A stretch of DNA of 64,000 nt from Acidobacteriota bacterium (lineage in GTDB: Bacteria > Acidobacteriota > Vicinamibacteria > Vicinamibacterales > JAKQTR01): positions 330-64,329 of the forward strand of contig JAKQTR010000051.1 of NCBI GenBank assembly GCA_029562975.1, written 5' to 3'. Numbering within the stretch: the stretch's first letter is position 1; every line of letters starts with the position of its first letter. The position numbers and the translations under genes are program-made. Below the pieces are notes generated by a model that worked only from the letters and a program-made list of their open reading frames with translations, did no database searches and was not told where the DNA came from. Positions 26,924 through 37,151 of this stretch are shown in pieces.

Positions 26924-27000
26924 TGGGGTCAGATCCAGCATTGCGGGGTCAGATCCAGGATTGCGGGGTTGATCTGACCCCGCAATCCTGGATCTGACCC
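26924..27000. repeat. GGGGTCAGATC-family element: one direct 20-mer copy plus a 24-bp perfect-stem hairpin (9-nt loop)
   Basis: GGGGTCAGATCCAGCATTGC (26924-43). GGGGTCAGATCCAGGATTGCGGGG (26944-67) pairs perfectly with CCCCGCAATCCTGGATCTGACCCC (26977-27000). It sits 11 nt downstream of the pilin gene stop, so it is a likely terminator of the secretion operon. Confidence 0.8.
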
Positions 27001-27010
27001 CAGATTCTCC

Positions 27011-27775
27011 TTACGGGCGGAAAATCAACTCGACGAGGCGGGTGGAGCCTCCTCCGAACACCAGAATCGTGTCCTGCGCGACGATCTGCGGCGGGTCGCT
27101 CTTCATGCGCAGCACGGCAATGGCGTGGACGCCCTGCGGCACGTTCTCGAACACGAACGGCGGGACGGCGTCGTCCAGACTGGCCTGCACGCCGCCGTTC
27201 GAATAGTAGAGGCGGACGGCGTAGCCGGCCGGGTCGAGGGTGTAGCTCGCGTCCTCCGACGACATGCGCTTGACGGTCACCATCAGCCGCCCGGTCGGGT
27301 TGGGCCGCGCAGGCGGATACACGATGTCGTCGGCGGTGTCGAACACGCCGTCCGGCCCGGCGCTGCGCACCTGCCCGGCAGACGCACCCCGGTAGGGGCG
27401 CCCGAAGGCGTCGGTGAGGTAATCGCCGGCGGCGTCCCCGGCGTTGATGTACGGCCCCTTCCAGCCCATTCCGACGTTCCGGAACGTCGCCGTGCCGAAC
27501 AGCGCCGTGCCGGGGCCCGGCCTGACCAGCTCCTCGAACGACGCCGGCAGCCGCCCCATGTCGCCGAAGAAGCCGAAGCTATCCGGGACGTCCGGCCGCC
27601 CGAGCATGGCCTCGTGCAGCAGCCTGGCCTCCCGCCGGGTGGCCTCCGTCTTCGCCTCGACGATTTGCTGCAGGATCATCGGCGTGATGGCGGCGGCGAG
27701 GACGGCCAGGACCGCCAGGATGACGGCCGCCTCGATCAGCGTGAATCCGCAATCGCGCGCGCGCTTCGGGATCAT
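27011..27775 (-). CDS. prepilin-type N-terminal cleavage/methylation domain protein (pseudopilin)
   Basis: MIPKRARDCGFTLIEAAVILAVLAVLAAA... (G/FTLIE motif). Start ATG 27775 overlaps the gspF stop. Confidence 0.75.
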   Translation of the reverse strand: MIPKRARDCGFTLIEAAVILAVLAVLAAAITPMILQQIVEAKTEATRREARLLHEAMLGRPDVPDSFGFFGDMGRLPASFEELVRPGPGTALFGTATFRNVGMGWKGPYINAGDAAGDYLTDAFGRPYRGASAGQVRSAGPDGVFDTADDIVYPPARPNPTGRLMVTVKRMSSEDASYTLDPAGYAVRLYYSNGGVQASLDDAVPPFVFENVPQGVHAIAVLRMKSDPPQIVAQDTILVFGGGSTRLVELIFRP

Positions 27776-28998
27776 CGGGTCAGCGCCCTCGCGAGGTTGA
27801 ACATCGGCAGGTAGAAGGCGACGGCAATCAGGACGAAGACGAGCGCGAGGGCCCCGAGCGCCGCAGGCCCGAACAGCGTGATGGCGCGGTTCACGGACCG
27901 GTCCACCTCCCGGTCGTAGTACTGCCGCACCTGCCGCAGCGACTTCTCCATCTCCCCGGTCTTCTCCCCGAGCGCCACCATCTGGATGACGAGGGGCGAG
28001 AACTCGCCGACGGCCGCCAGGGCTCGCGAGAGCGGCTCGCCGGCCAGCACGCGCGACACGGCGGCGCGGAAGCGCCCGGCGATGTAGGCGTTGCCGATGA
28101 CGCGCTCGACGAGCGACAGCGACGGCGCCACCTCGACGCCCGACTGGTGCAGGCTGCCGAACGCGTGGGCGAAGCGCGAGAGCGCCACCTTGCGCGCGAC
28201 GTCGCCCGCCAGGGGCAGGCGCAGCAGCCACCGGTCGCGCCACGCCCGGCCTCCCGGCGCCTGCACGCGCAGCCGGTAGAGGACGTACGCGGCGACGAGC
28301 GCGAGCGCGATGACGAGGGCGTTCGACGCGGCGGCGGCGGCGACGGCCTGGACGGCGCGCGTCGGCGCTGGCAGCGCGAGGTTCGCGTTCACGTTCTGGT
28401 ACACGCGCGCAAAGCGCGGGATCGTGAAGCCGACGAGCACGGTCAGCAGCACCGCCAGCAGGCCGACGACGATGAGGGGGTAGGTAGAGGCCTCGCGCAC
28501 CTTGCCGGCCAGCGCCTCCTGCCACTCCAGCTGCTGCACCAGGTCGTCGAGGGCGCGATCCACGCGCCCGCTGGCCTCCCCCGCGCGGACGATGCTGACG
28601 TAAAGCTCGTTGAACGCCGCGGGATGAAGCGCCATCGCCGCCGACAGGCTCTGGCCGCGCTCGACGCCGCGCCGCACGCCGGCGATCACGGCCTTGAGCG
28701 GCGCCTTGACGGCCTGCGCCTCGATGTCGCGCAGACCGTCGACCAGGTTCACGCCCGCGGCGACGACGGCGGCGAGCTGGCCCGTGAAGACGATCACGTC
28801 GCGGCGGGTGACGCGGTCGAGGACGCGGATCGAGGCCAGGCGCGCGCCGGCCCCGGCGGCGCCGGCCGGCCCGGCCTCGACGAGGTACTGGCCCCGCGTG
28901 CGCAGGGCGTCGGCGAGCGCCTCCTCGCTGGCGGCCGCGGCGCGGCCCGACACGCGCCTGCCGTCCGGCCCGATCGCGACGTACGAGAACTCAGGCAT
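27772..28998 (-). CDS. gspF: type II secretion / type IV pilus platform protein (GspF/PilC family)
   Basis: Two repeated T2SSF-type domains with 3 TM segments (…LSAAMALHPAAFNELYVSIVRAGEASG… and …PLSRALAAVGEFSPLVIQMVALGEKTGEM…). Start ATG 28998 inside artefactual ORF 27772..31545. Confidence 0.85.
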   Translation of the reverse strand: MPEFSYVAIGPDGRRVSGRAAAASEEALADALRTRGQYLVEAGPAGAAGAGARLASIRVLDRVTRRDVIVFTGQLAAVVAAGVNLVDGLRDIEAQAVKAPLKAVIAGVRRGVERGQSLSAAMALHPAAFNELYVSIVRAGEASGRVDRALDDLVQQLEWQEALAGKVREASTYPLIVVGLLAVLLTVLVGFTIPRFARVYQNVNANLALPAPTRAVQAVAAAAASNALVIALALVAAYVLYRLRVQAPGGRAWRDRWLLRLPLAGDVARKVALSRFAHAFGSLHQSGVEVAPSLSLVERVIGNAYIAGRFRAAVSRVLAGEPLSRALAAVGEFSPLVIQMVALGEKTGEMEKSLRQVRQYYDREVDRSVNRAITLFGPAALGALALVFVLIAVAFYLPMFNLARALTR

Positions 28999-29009
28999 GG
29001 CGCGCCGGC

Positions 29010-30662
<1,653 letters not shown>

Positions 30663-30671
30663 CGGCGCGCG

Positions 30672-32087
30672 TCAGGCCCCGGACGCCTGGGCCCGCTCCT
30701 TGATTTTGTCCACCTCGATGCGGTGCTTCTTGACGAGGTGCCACATGCTGCGCTCGGTGATGCCCAGCATCCGCGCGCCCTGCGCCTGCACGCCGCCGGC
30801 GCGCGAGAGCGCCTCGATGACAAACGCGCGCTCGAGCTGCGTCATCTTCTCGTCGAGCGACAGCACGCCCGGCCCGTCCCACTGCTGGCTGGCCACGCCC
30901 GCCACCAGCCCGACGCCGGCCGGCCGGATGGGCGGCGGCAGGCTCGAGAGCGTCACGATCTCGCCGTCGGTGACGACGGCCGCGCGCTCGATGGCGTTCT
31001 TCAGCTCGCGGATGTTGCCCGGCCAGTCGTAGGCCATCAGGGCCGCCATCGCGTCCGACGACAGGCGCTTGATGGACCGGCCGAGGCGCTTGTTGGCCTC
31101 GGCGAGGAAGTGATCGACCAGGCCCGGGATCTCCTCGCGCCGCTCGCGCAGCGACGGCACGTGGAGCGTGATGACGTTGAGGCGGAAGTAGAGGTCGTCG
31201 CGGAAGCTGCCGTCGCGCACGCTGCGCAGCAGGTCCTTGTTCGTGCTCGCGACGATCCGCACGTCCACCCGCACCGTCGTCGTGCCGCCGACGCGCTCGA
31301 CCTCGCGGCTCTGCAGCACGCGCAGGATCTTGGCCTGCGTCGAGAGCGTCATGTCGCCGATCTCGTCGAGCAGGAGCGTGCCCCCGTCGGCCAGCTCGAA
31401 CTTGCCGGGCTTGCGCTGCTGGGCCCCGGTGAAGGCGCCGCGCTCGTAGCCGAACAGCTCCGACTCGAGCAGCGTCTCGGGGATGGCCGCGCAGTTCAGG
31501 CGCACGAACGGCCGGTGCTTCCGCGCGGAGCGCTCGTGGATCCACTCGGCCACCAGCTCCTTGCCCACGCCGCTCTCGCCCATGATGAGCACCGTCGAAT
31601 CGGTGGGCGCGGCGCGCTCGATGAGGTGCGTCACCTCGCTCATCGCCGCGCTCTTCGTGCGGGCCCAGTCGTGGCCCGGCGCGCTGGCCAGCTCCTCGCG
31701 CAGCCGCTCGATCTCGAAGTAGAGCTTCCGCTTGTCGAGGGCGCGGCGGATGACGATCTCCATCTCCTCGAGGCGGAAGGGCTTGGTGAAGTAGTCGTAG
31801 GCGCCGCGCCGGATGGCGTCGATGGCGGTGTCGCGCGTGCCGTGGGCGGTCATCATGATGATGGGCGCCCGCGGATCGATCTTCAGGATCTCGGCGACGG
31901 CGTCGAGCCCGCTCATGCCCGGCAGCCGGATGTCGAGCAGCACCAGGTCCGCCGCGTCCGACTTGAGCACCTGCAGGCCTTCCTCGGCCGTCCGGCGCAG
32001 CGTGACGGCGTAGCCCTGCCGCCGCAGCGCCTCGTTCAGGAAGAACTGCATCTGTTCGTCGTCGTCGATCACGAGCACGTGGAACAT
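30672..32087 (-). CDS. sigma-54-dependent response regulator (PilR-like NtrC family), no adjacent kinase
   Basis: VLVIDDDE...DIRLPGMSG receiver, GESGVGKE, GAFTGA, ESELFGY, a C-terminal HTH ...GARMLGITERSMWHLVKK. Start ATG 32087 inside ORF 30672..32372. Confidence 0.9.
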   Translation of the reverse strand: MFHVLVIDDDEQMQFFLNEALRRQGYAVTLRRTAEEGLQVLKSDAADLVLLDIRLPGMSGLDAVAEILKIDPRAPIIMMTAHGTRDTAIDAIRRGAYDYFTKPFRLEEMEIVIRRALDKRKLYFEIERLREELASAPGHDWARTKSAAMSEVTHLIERAAPTDSTVLIMGESGVGKELVAEWIHERSARKHRPFVRLNCAAIPETLLESELFGYERGAFTGAQQRKPGKFELADGGTLLLDEIGDMTLSTQAKILRVLQSREVERVGGTTTVRVDVRIVASTNKDLLRSVRDGSFRDDLYFRLNVITLHVPSLRERREEIPGLVDHFLAEANKRLGRSIKRLSSDAMAALMAYDWPGNIRELKNAIERAAVVTDGEIVTLSSLPPPIRPAGVGLVAGVASQQWDGPGVLSLDEKMTQLERAFVIEALSRAGGVQAQGARMLGITERSMWHLVKKHRIEVDKIKERAQASGA

Positions 32088-32139
32088 AGGCGTCCAGCCA
32101 CCCGCAATGGGCCGCCTCCCGGGCGCGGCCCGGCCTGCA

Positions 32140-32661
32140 TCACCGCAGCGGTGCCCGCTCCACCGGGCCGTGCAGCGGAACCCGGACGCGGGACCCGTCC
32201 GCCGCCTCGAAGACCACGGCGTCCCGCTCGATGTCGGCGACGGTGTAGCCGCCGGCCGCCTCGCCGACGCCGACGATCCTGCCGTCGACCATCGCGAGGC
32301 GCCGGCCGGCAGAGAAGAGCACCGAGCGCACCGACGGCAGCGCCGCCGGCGCCCGCGGGGCCTCCGCGGCAACGACGAGGCGCGACTCGTCGCCGAAGAG
32401 GAACGGGTCGCGCGCGAACGAGACGCGCGCCGCGGGGTCGACGCGCGGCGGCGCGGGCATCGTCAGCGGGTCGGGCGGGGCGGCAGCGCCCGGGCCGGCG
32501 GCCACCGACGGCGTCACGATGAGCGGCGCCTCCGCGGCTTCGCGGGCAGCGGCGGCCCCGGACGGCGCGCGGCCGCGAAGCGCGAAGTGCCACACATTGT
32601 ACAGGACCGCCGCGGCCAGGGCGGCAAGCGCGAGGCGGAGGTGAGCCTTGCGGACCGTCAT
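32140..32661 (-). CDS. small membrane-anchored protein, PilP/GspC-like position and shape
   Basis: An N-terminal TM helix, a Pro/Ala linker and a C-terminal beta domain (...RLAMVDGRIVGVGEAAGGYTVADIERDAVVF...). Assignment rests on context and architecture only. Confidence 0.45.
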   Translation of the reverse strand: MTVRKAHLRLALAALAAAVLYNVWHFALRGRAPSGAAAAREAAEAPLIVTPSVAAGPGAAAPPDPLTMPAPPRVDPAARVSFARDPFLFGDESRLVVAAEAPRAPAALPSVRSVLFSAGRRLAMVDGRIVGVGEAAGGYTVADIERDAVVFEAADGSRVRVPLHGPVERAPLR

Positions 32662-32667
32662 GGCGGC

Positions 32668-33330
32668 CTACCCCTCCTGCTCCGGCGCGCCGCGCCGGTA
32701 GACGCGGACGACGATTTCGGCGGTCATGAGCGGCAAGCCCCGCGTCAGCCGGACGGACCTGATCTCGACAATGGTCGGCATGTCGCGGAGCGTCGACAGG
32801 AACGCGCCGATGGCGCCGAAGGTCGAGTCGAACCTCACCCGCACGGGCGTCCAGCTGACGGCGTACGGAAACAGGCCGAAGCGCGCGTCAGGGCCGTCGT
32901 CGGGCAATCCCCGGCCCTGGCCGCCCGCAAGCCGCACGGTGGCGGCCGCCGCGGCGGCCGCCCGGGGCACGCGGTCGCCGGTTTCGATGGTGAGCCCGCC
33001 GATCTGGCCGGCCGGCGCGCTGTCGAGCGCGGCTCGCGCGAGGAGCGCGGCGACGTCGGCGACCCTGTCGTCGGCGGACGCGCGCGCCTCGAATTCGGCG
33101 AGCGCCGCCTGCGGGTCGGCCGCGGCCAGGCCGCGCGAGCGATCGATCGAGGCCTGCAGCGTGCGCACGCGCTCGCCGAGCGCCGCGGCATCGGCGCGCG
33201 CCGCAAGATAGGCGTCGAGACGGGGCCGGACCGCCCACATGAACCCGGCGGCCGCCACCGCGACAATGACGAGGAACGGCAGCAGGCGCTCGAGGGCCTC
33301 GCCGGCGCGGCCGATGGGCGGGCGCGTCAC
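32668..33330 (-). CDS. PilO/GspM-like inner-membrane assembly protein
   Basis: A single TM helix, then a coiled-coil and a ferredoxin-like C-terminus (…FGAIGAFLSTLRDMPTIVEIRSVRL…). GTG start overlaps the upstream stop. Confidence 0.5.
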   Translation of the reverse strand: MTRPPIGRAGEALERLLPFLVIVAVAAAGFMWAVRPRLDAYLAARADAAALGERVRTLQASIDRSRGLAAADPQAALAEFEARASADDRVADVAALLARAALDSAPAGQIGGLTIETGDRVPRAAAAAAATVRLAGGQGRGLPDDGPDARFGLFPYAVSWTPVRVRFDSTFGAIGAFLSTLRDMPTIVEIRSVRLTRGLPLMTAEIVVRVYRRGAPEQEG

Positions 33331-35105
33331 TTCGCCACCTCGTAGCGCAGCGTGAAGTCGATCACGGTGGCCGGATGGCGCGCGGGCGCCGGGCCGCCTG
33401 AGCCGCCGCCGCGCGAAGCCGCCGCGGCTGCCGGCGCCTGGCGCTGCCGATCCCGCATCTCCTCGGCGCGGCGCTCGAGCTCGAGGCTGCCGGCCTGGCG
33501 GCGCAGCGGAACGCGGTAGAGCCGGCCGTCGCGCGCCACCTCAATGTAGGCCGGCCCGCTCGGCGCGGCGCGCGGCGCCTCGACTTCCCGGGCCTCCGCC
33601 TCGGCGGATCCGGGAAGCGGATCTGGCGCCGTCCCGGGCGGCGGTTCGGGGATCGCGTCCGGCGTCCGGACGCGCAGCGACGGCGGCTCGGCCGGCTGCC
33701 CGAGCAGCGGCGACTCGCCCAGGGCCTTGAGGAACGCGTTGAAGACCGCCTGCGCCGAGGCGGCGTCCGGGCCTTCGACTTGCCCCTCCGCCGTTATCTC
33801 CCACGCGCCGGGACGCGGGTCGGCCGCGAGCGAGGTGAGCGCCAGCGGCGCGGGAGCGGCCTGGCTGAAGGCAGCCAGCACCTGCGCGAAGCGCGGGCCC
33901 TGCGACGCAAAGGCCTCGAGCGCCGCCGAGCGGGCCGATGCCGCAAGGGCCTGGCGCCGCGCCTCGTCCTGCCGCTGCATCTCCGGTTCGAGCGCGGCCG
34001 CGGCGCGCCGGAGGCGCTCGACTTCAGCGTTCACGCCGCGGGTGAGGCCGCTCAACGCTCCCCATCCCGCCGCTACGAGGAGCAGGCCGGCCACACACGC
34101 GCCGGCGGCACGGCGGGCGGTCCTGGCCGCCGGAAACCCGGGCCTCCGGTCCGACGACAGCAGGCGCGCGGCGGGCGCGGGCTCAGCGGCGAGCGCCAGG
34201 GCGGTTTGCCACGCGGCCAGGCGCGAGCGGAAGCGATCCGACGGCTCGGGCAGCGAGGAATCGTCGAGCTGGTCCGCCACGTCGAGCGTCTCGACGTCGA
34301 TCCCGAGCTCCTGCACGAGCGGCCCGGTGAGCGCGCGCGCGTCGGTCACGTCGCCGCACACGAAGACGCGGCTGACCTCGATTCCGGCGTGCTGCTTCAC
34401 GTAGACGAACGATCGGCGGAGCTCCGACGCGAGGCGGAGGGCGAGAGCGGCCGCCGCGGGCGCAGCGCCCCGGGAATCGGCGTCGGCATTCTCGCCGCCC
34501 CAGGGCAGCTCCCGCGCAAGCAGCACGACGCGGCCGCGGACCACGCTGAGGGCCGTCGCTGTCGCGTTCACCGAGAGCACGGCCGCCGCCGCCCCCGGAG
34601 GCAGCGCGGCGCGCTGGCGGACCAGGGAGGCGTGGGCAAGCGCCGGCGTCACGGCGGACTCGATCTCGAAGCCGGCGTCGACAAGCGGCTGCAGGCGCGA
34701 GCGAAGCTCCTCGGCTCCGGCCGCCGCGTAGCCGACCTCGCGCCGGCCCTGCTCGTCGATCTCGCCGATGACGACCGCGTCGGCGAGCGGCCCGGCTGGC
34801 GCGGCGAACCCCGTCGGCGCCTTCGCGCCCGCCTCGCGCCGGGCGACGACCTCAAGATCGCGAGCGTCCGCGGGCGGCAGGCGCAGCGCCTGGTGGGCCG
34901 CATTGAGGCCCCAGACGGCGACGGCAGCCTTCCGCTCGATGCCCTTCACGGCCGAGCGCAGCTCCGCCGCCAGGCCGGCCGCGCCGGCAGGCGAGTACAT
35001 CACCTCGTGAAACGCCACGACCCGCGGCGGCTTCTTCGGCTTCGTCCTGATCGTGACGACCCGGCAGGCGTGCGGAAGCAGTTCTATCCCTGTACGGTTC
35101 GCCAT
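33327..35105 (-). CDS. PilM-PilN (MshI/GspL-like) fusion protein with a long disordered C-terminal extension
   Basis: An N-terminal actin-like PilM-type region (GIELLPHACRVV...VLSVNATATALSVVRG...VFVCGD), a central TM helix (AGACVAGLLLVAAGWGAL), a coiled-coil and a periplasmic domain. Confidence 0.6.
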   Translation of the reverse strand: MANRTGIELLPHACRVVTIRTKPKKPPRVVAFHEVMYSPAGAAGLAAELRSAVKGIERKAAVAVWGLNAAHQALRLPPADARDLEVVARREAGAKAPTGFAAPAGPLADAVVIGEIDEQGRREVGYAAAGAEELRSRLQPLVDAGFEIESAVTPALAHASLVRQRAALPPGAAAAVLSVNATATALSVVRGRVVLLARELPWGGENADADSRGAAPAAAALALRLASELRRSFVYVKQHAGIEVSRVFVCGDVTDARALTGPLVQELGIDVETLDVADQLDDSSLPEPSDRFRSRLAAWQTALALAAEPAPAARLLSSDRRPGFPAARTARRAAGACVAGLLLVAAGWGALSGLTRGVNAEVERLRRAAAALEPEMQRQDEARRQALAASARSAALEAFASQGPRFAQVLAAFSQAAPAPLALTSLAADPRPGAWEITAEGQVEGPDAASAQAVFNAFLKALGESPLLGQPAEPPSLRVRTPDAIPEPPPGTAPDPLPGSAEAEAREVEAPRAAPSGPAYIEVARDGRLYRVPLRRQAGSLELERRAEEMRDRQRQAPAAAAASRGGGSGGPAPARHPATVIDFTLRYEVAK

Positions 35106-35284
35106 ACGTCAATTGGTTTTTCGGCCGAAACGGGGCCGCCCTCTATGGGGTCAGGCCCGGGAAACGCACGTTCCGCCCGGAATTCCTGCCGCTCTGGGGC
35201 CGATTGCCTGCGGATGTCAGCCCGCTGTGGCGTGGGATGTCACCCCTGCCGCTTGGGCACCACTTTCCTGGATCTGACCCCGGA

Positions 35285-35932
35285 CTACTGGATGCGGGTG
35301 CCGATGTCGTCGCCGCCCGGACGGGCGGAGGCCAGGATGGAGGCGGCGAACGGCGTTTCGATGATGCCGTTCGGCCCGGCCGACAGGACCCAGACGGCCG
35401 ACTTGGGCTGCCCGGCGGCCGTCACGGCGCCAGGCGAGAGGTCAATCGCCCCGATGTTGACGATGTAGCGGCGGCCCCAGGGATCGGCCGCGAGCTCGGA
35501 GGAGAAGTACGGGCCGTTCCAGCCAAACGGCGTCATCGGCGTCCGCATGGGGTAGCCGGGCGCGTTCGTGACCAGCTGGTCCGTCAGGCTGCCGCTTCGG
35601 CCGGTGGTCCAGGCGCTCGGCGCGTCCTCGAACGGCATGCTGCCCTGGCTGACGAGGACGTCCAGCCGGTTCGCTCCGCCGGGAGCCTGGCCGGGCGCGG
35701 CCGACGGCGCGGCCCTCCACGCCGGGAAGTAGCCCGTGTCGCGGAAGAACTGGTAGATGCCGTTTGCGATGGTGTGGCAGTCGTTGCGCGCGCGGGCCAT
35801 GCGCGCGTCGGTGATGGAGTTCGCGATGGACGGCGTCAGCACGAGCGCGAGCGTCACGATCACGGCGAGCACCACCGCGACCTCGATGAGCGTGAAGCCC
35901 ACTGCGCCCCGCCGCCGTGCCGTCGCGGGCAT
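35285..35932 (-). CDS. GspG-like pseudopilin
   Basis: GFTLIEVAVVLAVIVTLALVL prepilin motif and the GspG-type DPWGRRY motif. Start ATG 35932 inside artefactual ORF 35285..36571. Confidence 0.75.
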   Translation of the reverse strand: MPATARRRGAVGFTLIEVAVVLAVIVTLALVLTPSIANSITDARMARARNDCHTIANGIYQFFRDTGYFPAWRAAPSAAPGQAPGGANRLDVLVSQGSMPFEDAPSAWTTGRSGSLTDQLVTNAPGYPMRTPMTPFGWNGPYFSSELAADPWGRRYIVNIGAIDLSPGAVTAAGQPKSAVWVLSAGPNGIIETPFAASILASARPGGDDIGTRIQ

Positions 35933-35937
35933 GACTC

Positions 35938-36720
35938 CTACCTGGTGCCTCCCTGGATGACGAAAATCCAGTCGTCGCCCTCGCGGCAGGTGCCGAACCG
36001 CGTCGTGGACGGGCACCCGCCGAAGTATGTCTCGAACAGCTTGTTGGGGCCCGAGGAGATGCAGAACACGTCGCGGTTCCACGCCGCGCCCGCGTGGCCC
36101 TCGCCCGGCGCGAACGCATCGGTGGCCGCCGTCAGGAAGACGGAGTTGACCATGTAGGCGTTGCCCCAGGGGTCGGGGCCGATCGGCCCCGACAAGTACG
36201 GGCCGCGCCAGCCGATGCCGTGCTGCGGGCCGACGGGGATGCCGTTCGGGTACAGCACGCTGGGACCCGGGTACGGCACGACGAGGTCGTTGCGCACCAG
36301 GTGCTGCTCCATGCTGCCGTCCTGGGCCGTGATGGCCGCGTCCCAGTTCAGCGGGCCGTTCACGTTCGCCCCGGCCAGCGTGTAGTTCGTGGCGGCGGGA
36401 GAGAGCGGCGCCAGCAGGCCCGCCGTCGCCCCGTCGCTCCACAGCAGGTCCACCCGGTTGTCCACCGTGCAGCCGTCGGTGCCCACCAGCCGGAAGCAGG
36501 GCGGCACGTCGCGCATCATGCGGACGACCGACACGCCGATCGCCTCGCAGTCCTCCTTGACCTTCACCCACTGCGCGTCCCGGACGTAGTCCACGATGGA
36601 CGGGGCCAGGACGCCGGTGAGCAGCATCAGCACGAGGAGGATGATCGTGACCTCGACGAGCGAGAGCCCCGCACGCGACCTCAGTTTTCGCACGCCCGTG
36701 GCCTCCGGAAAACCCTCCAT
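35938..36720 (-). CDS. Cys-containing GspG-like pseudopilin, paralog 1
   Basis: RAGLSLVEVTIILLVLMLLTGVLAPSI..., WRGPYLSGPIGPDPWGNAYMVNSVF, FCISSGPN. Start ATG 36720 (MEGFPE...) is consistent with the sigma-54 promoter at 36755-36769. Confidence 0.7.
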   Translation of the reverse strand: MEGFPEATGVRKLRSRAGLSLVEVTIILLVLMLLTGVLAPSIVDYVRDAQWVKVKEDCEAIGVSVVRMMRDVPPCFRLVGTDGCTVDNRVDLLWSDGATAGLLAPLSPAATNYTLAGANVNGPLNWDAAITAQDGSMEQHLVRNDLVVPYPGPSVLYPNGIPVGPQHGIGWRGPYLSGPIGPDPWGNAYMVNSVFLTAATDAFAPGEGHAGAAWNRDVFCISSGPNKLFETYFGGCPSTTRFGTCREGDDWIFVIQGGTR

Positions 36721-36754
36721 GCGGAGGGGACGCCGCCTCCCGAGCGCTTCCGCA

Positions 36755-36769
36755 GCAACCGCCGTGCCT
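36755..36769 (-). promoter_or_regulatory. sigma-54 promoter AGGCACG-GCGG-TTGCT
   Basis: Minus strand reads GAAGGCACGGCGGTTGCTGCG. The -12 element lies about 35 nt upstream of ATG 36720. Confidence 0.65.
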
Positions 36770-37151
36770 TCGGCCGCCACCGGGGCTGTGCGGCCCTAGA
36801 CCCGGGAATTGCGCTTATTTATGACACTCGCCGGCTGGGAACTCCACAGGAAAGCGCGCCTCCCGCACGCAATTCCTACCATTCGCGTAGCTCGAACCAG
36901 GCGCGCCCGGGGCGACCCATCGGGCCGGACCGCTCTCGTCTCGGTGCGCGTGCTTCATTCAACTGCTTGTCGTGACGCGAGTTGCGGCCGTGAAGCCCGG
37001 CACGGCCGCACGGGGCCATCACTTCGTGTAGGGACCTGACCGCCCTTCCTACAAATAACGTCGCCCCGCTCCCGTCCGTCAGGGCTTCGGGGAGCGTCCC
37101 CGGGGCCCGCTCGGGCGGCAGCGCGGCTGCCTCGGCGGCGCCGCGGCGCCG

